From Xylographa opegraphella (taxonomy: Eukaryota): DNA of 64,000 nt. The stretch is taken from assembly GCA_022813865.1 (NCBI GenBank), contig JALDZX010000015.1, positions 62,001-126,000 of the forward strand. Reading direction: 5' to 3'. This document shows positions 1 to 11,314 of the stretch, piece by piece. Made by a program: the position numbers and the translations under genes. The stretch's first letter is position 1. The number at the start of each line of letters is the position of its first letter. The notes beneath the pieces were generated by a model. The model saw nothing but the letters and a program-made list of their open reading frames with translations. It was not told the DNA's origin and made no database searches.

Positions 1-1673
1 CCTCACGACTAAGTACACGGGATTACATTGATGCTGACGAATCTGACGATGAGTTGAGTGAGCTGTCTATGGGCGACTTGTCATCATCTGTGGTGTGCCT
101 TTTGACTCGAGCTGGGAGGGTCTACGTCTGCTTAGATATCGAAGGCGTAAAAGCACAGTGGCTCCCGAAAAGAAAGGTATGCTAGCTCATAATTGTAGGA
201 AGAGCGCTTTTTGCTGACAATTCTGAGCATTCGAAATCGACAAACGAGCACTTGCTCCGTTCGCTCCACGATCTTCTTGTCATTGAAGCAATCGACACCA
301 AACAAGCTGAAGAAGGACATGTCACGGATTGGCCGACCTTTACCGCAGACGTGCACTCGAATTACTCATTCTTCGTCAGTCACAAAAGAGGCATAGTCTT
401 CCTCTCACTTGATCCGTGGATAGGGAAACTCGAAGCCGAGTTGCGGAATAATGGTAATGAGGTTGTAGGTACAGAGTTTCGGGTGGAAATTTTGGCCGAA
501 ATCGCCGAATCCTATCGCGAGCAGATACTGAAGTATAATCACAAGGAAGAGGATGGTCGTGCTCTATACATCACTGCTCCAGTCGTGCTCCAAGACTCGG
601 GCCTGGGATACTTCCTGCTAACTATCCAGGATGACCAACCTCAAGCCGTGATATTAGATTCGCCCTTCGATCAAATTACACAGGACCGGGACTATAGCTC
701 AGGGTATGAATGCGAGCCTGATTTGAAGATGCTTACGCAAGGTCCGGCCAAATCTGCATATCAACCACCCCAAACTCTTTGGGCAGAGTCCGCCCTTACA
801 AGATTCATGGACACCCACGTGCAAAGCCGTCACAAGAAGCTACTAAAGGAAGAAATCCGTCTTTCTTCCGCAACACTCGACATAATGACCGAAGCCCACC
901 GTGTCCTCAGTGAAGAAACTCACCAGCTTGGTATTGCCGCGTCCGACCTATTTCGGCGTTGTGAGCGTCTCCAAGAGGAATTCCGCGATCAGATCAGGAG
1001 GGCAAACGAGATCGCTTCTCGTGTCGAGCGACTGAACGACGAGGACGCAGACGACTACAGTGACTCGGACTCCAACTCAGCACGAGGAAGTGCAAGGCTC
1101 GAACGACGTTTGCTCAATGCAAGGGAGAGGCACGACCATATCAGCGCTCGGCATGAAGCCTTGAGGAAGAAGTTGATACGGGCGGGAAATCGAGATCTCA
1201 GCGATAAGGAGAGGTTATGGGTAACGGAGATGCACAAAATGGCATCGTCGATACTAAGCACTGGGGGTGACGACGAAATCACTTCGGAAGAGCAGAAGCA
1301 TGATCTCGTGGATAGATACAATGAGGTATCGTCTGCACAACGATCCGTGTCCCGAATCTCGCTAATTGAATGTGTCACAGGCACGAGGTCTAGTGGAGGA
1401 TCTGGTCGATCAGGCTAAAGATGCATCTAAAAGCAGCGAATCCGAAGGTAAATCCATTGGCATGTTCAAAGTGCCACCGGACATCCGCAAGGAGAAGGTC
1501 GGTAAAGTGATGGCTTTACTCGAACGAGAGTATGTACTATGATCCCCCCCCTGCAAATCACTCTTCTTGCTCGTATTCACCAGCTGGGCCATGCTGATCT
1601 TTCTTTTGCAAGAACCGCACTGGTGGGAGCTGTGCAGGAGCGGCTGGAGCGTATCAGTCTATCCGGGAACTAA
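1..1673 (+). CDS. NUP82: Nucleoporin Nup82/Nup88 family, 3' part (starts before the window); introns ~177-227, 1326-1380, 1530-1611
   Basis: The spliced frame reads ...VCLLTRAGRVYVCLDIEGVKAQWLP..., then a C-terminal coiled coil (AHRVLSEETHQLGIAASDLFRRCERLQEEF) and ends ...LLERETALVGAVQERLERISLSGN* (TAA 1671-1673). This matches my recollection of filamentous-fungal Nup82. Confidence 0.8.
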
Positions 1674-2262
1674 GCTACTCTCCATCGGTGCACATTCATC
1701 AACGGAAAGTGAGGTTTTCATGGCGGCATGCGGGTAACTCCGGTTCCTCCCGAACATGCATGCTCCTGCTGCTGACCTGCATGGTGCCAATACCGCCGCT
1801 GTGGTTCCCAGCATCTACGTTACGGCAAGGTGAGCGCCGCACTTGCATACTTTGGTAAGCAGTGCATACGAGATTTCCCACGGTCGCTTGTACGACCATC
1901 CAGTCCCACTATTGCTCTTCATGACGACGCTCTCACCTTCATATTCCAACTCGGTTTCCAAGGCTCCCAGAACCAGGGCTATGTTGCACGCTCGGTGGAT
2001 CCCGTGATTGCTCGTTTCTTCATTGGTCAATGTGTTTCTCGAATCCGTAACAAATCTGCTTTGTCATGTAATGTCTCACTTCCGAATGCACGGTTCCTAT
2101 TCTTCAGACCTTCGAGTGTGGTGCTCACTTACCAGGTCGTCGCAGCTCAATACTTTGGTTCTGCTATATTTAGCCAACGCGATGCGGCGTGATATCGCGT
2201 CGCGGCCACGCGTCACGTGACGCTCTTCATCCTTCCTGTCCGTGCGTTCTTCTTCCGTCGCC

Positions 2263-2600
2263 TCAACCATGGTTCCGGTCAAGTACCTGCGTCGCCGTGA
2301 TGACCTGCGTCAACCTTGGTCCACCACTCGGCCTTCGCTATCCTTCATACTTCATGTCAACATCGGTCCACCGCTTTGACATCACCGGACTTCATACTCC
2401 GCATCAAAACTCGTTGTCGTCCCTGGTACCAACGTGTATTCCTCACCTCCGCCCTACCCCGAGTACCACTCAACCTTGGTTACCCTAGATACCTGCGTCC
2501 CCTACTGCGCGTCAAACGTCGGTCCATCCCTTCGACTCGACCGTCCTTTCGCATTCCGCATCAACCTCGGTTGCCGTCCATGTACCTGCGCGTAACTCCT
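2263..2600. repeat. Degenerate ~47-bp-period tandem repeat, about 7 units
   Basis: Units beginning TCAAC/TCAAA..(G)GT start at 2263, 2310, 2357, 2404, 2470, 2512 and 2561. Internal words recur: TACCTGCG, CTTCATACT, TCCGCATCAA. Confidence 0.6.
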
Positions 2601-2649
2601 GCCTCCGCCCTCCCATGGTACCGCCTCCGCCCTCCCACGGTACCGCCTC
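2601..2649. repeat. 22-bp direct repeat x2.2
   Basis: GCCTCCGCCCTCCCA(T/C)GGTACC at 2601-2622 and 2623-2644. Confidence 0.85.
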
Positions 2650-5282
2650 ACGTGCCTCAGTCCCCATCTTACCCAAATCCAACAGCACTACCATTCCTCC
2701 CACCCCGCCACCTCGCCTCTCGGCATCCCCATCCAACCCCCTTCCACCCTACCCCCGGCGGTCTCACCCCCGGAGGCCGGCAACGCCAATCCCCTCACTC
2801 ACCACCCCTCCCCTCTCCTTCTCCACAGCCCCGCATCCCGCACCCTAAGCGCACCTATTCTACCCCCCGCCATTTCCACCAGACCCCTCGTCTCCCCCGC
2901 CACCCCACCGCGCTCGAGCCCTCCCCACCCCCGTCCCTCATGCCGGCCACCCACCGCTCTGACCACGCGGCGACGGCGTCCCCGGGTCCAGCGCTCGGTG
3001 GAAGACTGCGTGTAGGTTGGTTTTCATGGGTGCTCCATTCGTCCGGCGTGTCTGCGGCGTGTGTTGGGTGAAGGTGGGGGGAGGGGGTCGAGCGGCTGGG
3101 CGGGCCGGGGAGGGCCTGTGCGGTGGTGGGTGCGTGGCGCGGAGTTTTGGGCGCTGGGTGGATGCGGGCGGTGTAGACTGGGAGTGAGGGCGAGGATTGG
3201 GAGGGGAGAGGCGGGATGGGGAGGAGATGGAGTGAGGAGTCGTGGTGAGGGGGAGGGAGAGGGAGAGTGATAGCGGAGGGACGGTCGGCTGGGCGGGGAC
3301 GCGGAGCGCGGATGGCGGGGAGGGAAGAGGGAAGAGGGGGGAGCGTGACCGGCAAAGGGCGGAGGATGTAACACAGCGGAAGGGAAAGGCACAGAGGGCA
3401 TAGGCCGGGGAGGACAAACACAAAACCTACCCTCTACCGTTACAGACGGGCCGTGAAGAGTGACGGCTACAGCCGAGAGGGTGAGGAAGATTAGAGGGCT
3501 GGCTACGCTGTCTGCCGGACAACGACAGGAGCTTTCATGTGCACTACGTCCATTCCACGCCCGTACCCAATCTGTCCCGCACAGGTCGCATGATCTTGAT
3601 ACAATCAGCACCTTCTGCAGCGCTCACCCCGTACGGGCACGAGCTGGCAGTCTTCCATGCAGCGCGAGGCCTCGGGCCAAACCACCACTTGACCAGGAAT
3701 CGGGGTGGGCCCCTACAATTCCGCAGCTCGCTTCCCACCGCCGCGACGATGCGCCCCCGTTCAGCAGCAGCAGCAGTAGTAGTCCGTCTCGCGGCATGGG
3801 CAAGTCGACTCGGTATGGGAAAGTGATAACGCGATCTGCGGAAATGGGGGATACCCGACTCCTGTGCTGCAGATAGGGCACTGTTGTGCGACGCGAGTCC
3901 CCCGCGTGGTCATGGATGGGGGGAGTTCCGGTCCTTTTGCAGGAAGCGGCGGCGGGCATGGTGGTGGCGAAATTACCTACTGCGGTACTCCGTACCTACT
4001 CACCCACCCCATGCACATGATCCGTGCTTGCCCCGTTTCCTTGCCGCGACATGTTTCGGCCATGCTCGCTCTTGGCGCGGGCCCTGAATGATCGACGATC
4101 TACCCCCCCACCCCACTATAGTACCTTAGCTCGAGCAGGGTAGCCTGCTACCAAGAATGTCAAGTTGCACCCCCCCCCCCGGCGTGCAGATCCCTGCTCG
4201 TGGCCCCCCTGACGATATGAAAAAAGAAAGGGTCCGCGTCTTGGCTAAGACGGCCCGTTCTGCAATTCGCACGGTCGGAGGGTTGGGCGAGAGAGAGAGA
4301 GGGAGGGGGTGCGTGCGGTGCCCCAAACTACCTACGATTTGCCAAGTGCACCGCGGATGGGAGAATCGGGCGGCTCCTTCAGCGGAAAGAGTGGGAAGTT
4401 TTTAGCAGGCAACAATCAAAACCGGTGGTTACTGCTCTTTGGTAAGCGGGTCTGTCTGTCGGTACTTGGGTATAGGCATCATCGTTTTTCTTGTCTCTCT
4501 CATCTCTTGGCCATTCTTTACCACAGTACTGTCAGACTCCACCGGCGGGGGCGGCAAGGTCTTAGCCGGTGGAGGTCGAGACTTCAAGGGTCCACTATAA
4601 GTGGGCATTTTCGAGCGATTGGTTCCAAGCCGTTTTTAGGGTTTCGCCGGAACCTGGGTTAGCGCGGGTCGAGGATTTGGGCAAGGAAATTACAACAACA
4701 CGGAGTTTACAACAAGTAATCAAAATATACTTTGCATAACGTGATGAAAAAGGTCAAAGGCTCCTTGGGTATATAGCTAAAGCTCGAGATTAATGCGGCA
4801 CTGCATCGAAATGTATGAAGAAGTGCTGGCGATCCAAGTCAAAACACAAACGATTGCCGAGACGCTTGGTTTGACCCTGGTTTGTGCTTCGACATTCCCA
4901 AGCAAAGCATAAGGTATGCACTCCAATAGCAATGATGCGCGCCTGCGCAAGTTCAAGCCTGAAATGGCGCTGATAACCAAGTGCCCAAATGCTCCGAAAA
5001 ATACTCAGGCGTACTTAAGTCACATAGCTCGCAAAAAAATGACGTGATTAATATTGGCCCATGCAGCAAAACTCGAGCAGATAGTCGTTCGCATTGCGGA
5101 ACTAAACCAAGTTCCTGAACCCTTCTGCTCTGCGTAAAAGAACATCGTCGTGATCTTCCGAAAAGAAATGTAGATCTGACTTGACAAGGGGTGCCAGATC
5201 GTCGTGATAGCGCTGTCGGTACTTTTGCTCGCGTCAAACCAAGCCTCGGCTCGGAACGACCAAACTCCTTGTGTCTGTACAA

Positions 5283-6342
5283 TCATGCTCTCATCTTCGA
5301 CGAAGAGTGAGAACCACTCTGGCTGTCCCGAATTTCTGCCTCGGTCTGGGCTTGCTTCGTCATTTGAGGCAGGCTACGGCGTCGGGCGTTGATGAACCAG
5401 TTACTGATCTACTTCGTGTCAACTTTCCACTTGTGTGAAATCGGTGCTTCTTCGCCTTACTTGACTGATTGTGAGGCCTGTTTGGCTCATGAGGATCTGC
5501 TTTTCCTCCTCGGTAGGATAGGGGTGAGCGATGTGTTCTGTAAACCACACTCGCAGGGTATCGGTGACGGTCTTCGGCAGATTACCTCGGCGGCGCTTTT
5601 GTTTTCCATCACCGTGCTCCGAAGAACCATCATATGCCAGGGAGTAGCTCGCACTGCCACCATTACTGAAAGGCGAGCGATCCGAGTACTGGCTTGAGGT
5701 GTAGCTGTAATCATGCCGGTATGCCGCGTTGTAGGAGGGATGACTTATTTGTCTGGGTGGAGACGAATTTCTACGCGACTGAAAATAAGAGTCTTGATAA
5801 TTGGTTTGGTATGATGGACCTGGTCTGCCACCAGCATAGATTGCCGGTAAGCTTCCTTGCTCGTAGGAGCCATTCGAGCTATGACTGCTGTGCAACCTTG
5901 GTGCGGGAAGAAGAACTGGACTTCGACTTCCCATTGACGGCAAGGCGTCTGTCCCACCGTTATGAAACGCTCTTGTTCGGCTTTGCTCTGAGTATGATGA
6001 AGCAGAGACACTTTGACTTGCTTGGTCCGTGTAGCGGGGATGTTCTATGCGGGATATTTGGCTGCTCTGACCGGATTGAGAATGAACTGTTGGTTGAGCT
6101 CGACTTCTGCTTCCCACCAGAGGCGATGGTGCAAGCGACCGTGCTTCAGGAAATTGACTGGGACCGTGAGACGAGCCATACGGGACTCGAGTGTACTGGA
6201 TTTGGCGCTCTGGAACTGCGTAAGAATTGCGTATTTCGGGCACAGCCTATCGATCTATCAGTAAAAGGCACCGTCACGCCGGGATAATATGGCTTACCTC
6301 AACTAACGGTGGTAGCTGGTCGTGGTTCATAGTGGCATGCAT
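5283..6342 (-). CDS. TALE-class homeobox transcription factor (Cup9/Tos8/TGIF-like); introns 6247-6297 and 5409-5460
   Basis: The homeodomain reads KRRRGNLPKTVTDTLRVWFTEHIAHPYPTEEEKQILMSQTGLTISQ|ISNWFINARRR, with the TALE HPYP loop and WFINARRR helix 3. Splice sites are canonical. The start could be 6342 or 6330. Confidence 0.9.
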
Positions 6343-9300
6343 GGCCTTGGGGATAGTTTCCACAACTTTAGCTATTGGTTGACCTGAAGAGATGTGCAAA
6401 GGCAACACAAGTTCCGGTATTATCGATGTTGGTTGCAGGTCCACTAGCAAGATTGCTACCTCGTTCTTACGAGCTTGTCAACGAGCTTGCAATAGTTCGT
6501 GTCGTAGAGACCTTCCGCTCTTCAACGCTCAATTATAGCCGTCGTAAGATGGTAAGCAGCAGTGATCAGAAACCAGTCGAATGATGTTCCGTGAATGAAA
6601 GAACCCAAGAAGGATAGAAGTCCTCTGTATCGACCTGGCGGTATTTGCTAGATCAATGGTAAGCTTCCTTCGCAGTAAGATTGCAGTCAGGTGTGATGTG
6701 TCTAATTAATGAAAGGTGCTACATGAAGTGATGGTCCACAAAGTGGATGATGACTGTTATATATGCTTTGATCATGGGAACATGCGGGATAGCTGTCATG
6801 CTTGCTTACTGCCGCATCTGGATGGGGAAAGTGTGATTGCGGTCAACTAACATCGGGTAACTCTCTGCAAGAAGCCCGTGATTTGGAAAGGATATCCAAC
6901 AATAGACTATCAGTGCCTCACAGTAAGATGAAGCGAAGCAGACATGCAAGATAACGCCATAGGACAGGCTGATTGAGGCCTTGGGGATGGGTGGGGCGTC
7001 TATTTGCTTCCAGAAATGGTCGCATATACGAAGACTTGTAGGACAGGGCTTACAGCAATACGGCATCCTCAACTGACGCACTTACCGGAGACGAGCTTGT
7101 TTTGACAGATGACAAGTCCAGGGGTTCGCGGGTGTGGTGGAGGTGGTCGACGTAGTTAGATTGGCAGGTATGCCCCGGCGAACGGTCAGTGGAAGGCGTG
7201 GAGGGGTGAGTGCTGGATATCTATTGGCATTCGGTCAATACAGACCGAAAGCACACGACACACGCTAAAGCCTCGTCTTAGATGGTTCAAGGCTCGTCAC
7301 CAGATGTTCGTGTGAGTAATCGACTGATCTGGCAGCCGAAATGATTGGTGGACCTCGCGGAGCTGAGGACAGTGCGGGGGCTTCGACACCAGACGGTGGC
7401 TGTCGGTTTGTTCCGCCCGGACCACGCACCAATGGACCGCTTCCCAGTTATGAATAAGAGTAGACGGTCAACGAGAAGAGCTAGTGAGAGCAGGGCACCG
7501 AGGACATGGGCCGCTTTTCCACGAACGAGGTCGGTCGAGGCGGAATGGGTCTGGCGGCCGGGCGTGCAGAAAGTGCAGCGGTGGCAGAGGATGGCGGAGG
7601 ACGTCGTTTTTCGGTCTGAGGTGAGCGTGCAGGAGTAGCAGCGGATGACGGAGCACGACTCGAGTGGGGAGGGGGGTTGGAGTTGCAGTTGCCGTCGGTC
7701 TGGGGAAGGAGAGGTATTGAAGGCTGATGAAGTACGCCTCGTGCATCAAGCTACATGTTCCAATCGAGCAAGCTTCCCGCCTGCCAACGAATTTAGACCG
7801 ATTTGGCGTCGTCGAATGGCAGGAGATGCCAGGCCAGCGCCGGTGGTCCTTTGCACTCGCCGGGAGATGGGATGATGGCTGCGTTTGGACGTCAGCAAGG
7901 AGCGTGTGTAGCAAGACATGGGCGACGAACCGTGGAGCCCAAGCCACCGACCGGCCTGGCAGAGATAGGCCGCACGCTCGGCAGTCACTTAGTGGGTTCG
8001 TGGGTTCGGGCTCAAGGTTTGACGGCCAGGTAGTGCTCGGCGGACGGTCTCAGGGAGTGGAGAAGTTTTGGCCTCATCTCGCTGCCAAAACCGGCGTTGA
8101 ACGGTCTTGCCAGGCAGCGGCATCCAGCTGGACCAGGAGCCAGCTTTTGTCCCGGGCAAGTCCATGGGCTGAGCAGGCATTATTTCAGAAGCTTCAGATC
8201 TGGGCCGTGGGGACGTGGGCATTGGCTGGCTGGCTTTCACTAGCAAGATGGCTTGGATGGGGGGGGAAGAGAGGCAGACCAGATTGTGGAATGTGACGGG
8301 TGGGAGATCTCCAAAGTTTCGATTCCATGCTTAGTGGAGTTAGCCGACGCCTGCCCGCACCGAATTGGGGAGGGAGGCAGCCGTTCGGGGCCGATTAGGG
8401 GAGGTGAGAAACAAAGAGCCGTCACCATTTAGGCCATATTGGTGGGGGGGGGTCCCCTTGGGGCTATTGGGGGATTGGGGAACATTGGGGCCATGTCCCA
8501 AGGCGAGGTTGGAGGGCCAGGGCCCCCTGCGGCAGCCGGAGTCACCCATTCCTGGTCCCTACATGAATCTAGGCGCACACTGCAGCGTCGATAGTCTGGT
8601 TGTCGGGTCGAAGTTTGAATAAGATCAGACGCTAGCCGGGGAACTGCTGACAAGGATGCCGAAATGCATTAGCCACACAACACGCCCTCGGCTGGTCAGG
8701 TTTCACCATGCCCTCCCCTTCCATGAAAAGAGACTCGAAGGACAACCCGATTTTGCTGTCCTGGTGCGGCCCACCCTGTCATGCAGTGTTACGCTGTTAC
8801 CGGGCTCTCCAGAAGGTCGCCGACCTTGATCTGCACTGCATGCCTGCCGACCACTGCAGCTGCAGCTGCTGCGTTGCTATCGGCGTCAGCGGTTGTGGTT
8901 TGCCGTCTGCGTGCAGCGGTGGGTGGTGAAGCTTCAAGGGCGAAGGACAAAGACAAAGTTTGGATCGTCCATTGGTGACGAGCTTCAGCAAGTTGATACT
9001 CTCCGCCTTAGTTCTCCTTCGCCAGATCCAGGCCTACGATTTGACCGTGATCGATCCGCTAACAAGTAGGCTGGCCAGCCAAAAGAGCCTACTGTGTACA
9101 GGCTATCCTCCCTGGTTCGATTACCTCCCCTGTCGCCAATCGTGTTCCCATCTTCCCGAATTCTCTTTGGCCCCTGCATCCGGACTCCGAAACTTGCAAG
9201 CAGAAAGAATCCAAATCTACAACAAGAGAGGACGTGGTGCAAGTCTGATAGCCACTCCCGAGGGCCTCTATGTCGACGGCTGTTCCTAACCCTCTGTCTA

Positions 9301-11314
9301 CGACCAAGATACCTGCGTACCTACCGACCCAGATTGCTATTCGCCTGCAGGCTTGACAAGCGGACATGGGGTAGGGATGCCTTGCAGCTTTGACAGGCTG
9401 GACTCCCGCGGGCCGTCTCATGCTTTAATTCGATTGGGAACAAACCCTGCGCTCCGAGAGATCCAAATGCACTATGCCCACACTGTAACCTACCCCATGC
9501 AGTGTGAGGTCAGGCATTTTGACAAATCGCAACCGACCCCGTCGGCGCTTTGTTTGATCCCCCGCCCGGGCTTTTACCAACTGGCCTTGGGTCTCGAGAT
9601 GTTGCGCTTAACTCTCTAAGTCGTCTCTTCTGTTCACCCAGAACGAGGCCGGCGTGCCCACATCTTGAATCATTGAGTGAACGCCTCGCATGTCCAGAGA
9701 ACGCCGAGATGATGGACTATTCCTTCGTGACAATTATGTCATGACTTCCCCTGCATGGCGGAGCTCCGCTTCTAGACCCACACAACGCAGCGTGATATCC
9801 GTTGTTGACGCGCCAAAATCCCCAATACCGGGCTCACGTCGATGCAACATGAGCACCGGCTGCAGTCGCTACGCAGTAAGGTATTTCTCCACCCTCCTTC
9901 AGGGAGCTCCGATTCTTTTTCTTCTCCAACGGGGGCAAAAAGCAGCGCGAGATCTGGGTCCCCTGTCATCCGCGATCGGTCGGTAAGATGGCTTTGGTTG
10001 ACACCGGGAAGCGTCCGAAGTAGGATCCCGCGGAGATCGGATCTCACATGCTGAGTCATGGCCGCCCCTGGAAGGTTACTGTGCTACTTCCGTACCTACT
10101 AATCTATCAATAAGGATCAGGTACACAACGTCGCGTATGCGGCGCGATTCTACACGCTATACACAGTCGCTGGAGGTTCCTATCGAGGATGTGATCTTCC
10201 ATGCCTCTACGTAGCCAGCATCGATAGCCGTACATTATCCCTTGTCGACGGACGTTCGATGGATCTCTCAAACCACACACCTCCCGCATAGCCGCAACGT
10301 GCGGATGCTCGGTCTCGTCCGACACGAGTCTGTACTCAGCAATTGTGTGCAGATCGTATTTGGATTACGCGTTCCCATGTGCCATCATTGCAATTCGGTA
10401 TCGATTTGCGGCCGACGATGATCTCGACTTTCGGCGAATGTCGCATACAGGCCCCGATAGGTACGTAGGTCGTGAGCGACATCGACTTCCGATCTCTAAG
10501 GTAGATACTCACTATCGTGTATCTCGTCATGTACTTGACCACACGATACACAAGTGATTGCCGGCTTTTCGATGAGCTGCCTGAAAATCCTTTGACCAGT
10601 CATGGCTGCAATTCGGCGATCTGCCTCAAATCAAAATGCGCATGTTCAGAGACTTGAGCCATATTTGTGTGGGCCTCGATGCAACAGGACAGGAGGCCCT
10701 GCTCGGCACTCTGTAGCCACAACAACTTCCGATAATGTAATTACGTGCCACTGACTTCCGCTGCAATACAGGGATTTGCTCAATGGAGGTTGCATCGGAC
10801 GACGCACCGGTTATGCTGAAGCCGTATTCCTTTTCCTCGCCCGTAACGGCGATATCCCCTGAAAAAGCCTGCCCCTCTCGAGTGACTGCTACGGTATGCT
10901 TACTACTACAGAGTACAAAGTAGCTTAATCATGCTTGTGTCGATGCCTCGCTTGTCTACCCAATCAAGTCAGGGCTTCCTCTGCGGGCGGAGATATCTCG
11001 GGTGCTTCAACGCAGCATGGCGGAATGGCGACGCACACGGCTCTATCGTGACTATGATGACTGGAGACATACATATTTGTCGCTCTCATACCCTTCACTG
11101 TTAGATACTGCCGTACTCTACTGTTTATTTTCCCCCTTTCCGGCGTCATACGAGAGGTTTAAGTCTGTGGGCGCTTCACTCCAGGCAGCAGTATAACATT
11201 CATTTCTTCCGACAAGATATTCTTCGTTGCCTATCCTTCCCTCTTCATTGTATTGTATTCATCGTAAAAATAATCGCATGGATGTCAGTTTGAAGTCGTA
11301 ATAATCCGTTCACA

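Noticed and set aside
2263..2600. CRISPR-like repeat-spacer array
   Set aside because: The host is a fungus, the repeats are short and degenerate, the spacers resemble each other and there are no cas genes.
2316..3611. Overlapping Pro-rich or Gly-rich ORFs of 160-250 aa
   Set aside because: They are open in several frames only because C/G-skewed DNA lacks stop codons. There are no domains and mostly non-ATG starts.
5694..6287. 197-aa plus-strand ORF
   Set aside because: Antisense shadow of the homeobox CDS.
7345..8296. ORFs of 97-189 aa
   Set aside because: No recognisable motifs or gene structure. The sequence looks like UTR or promoter.
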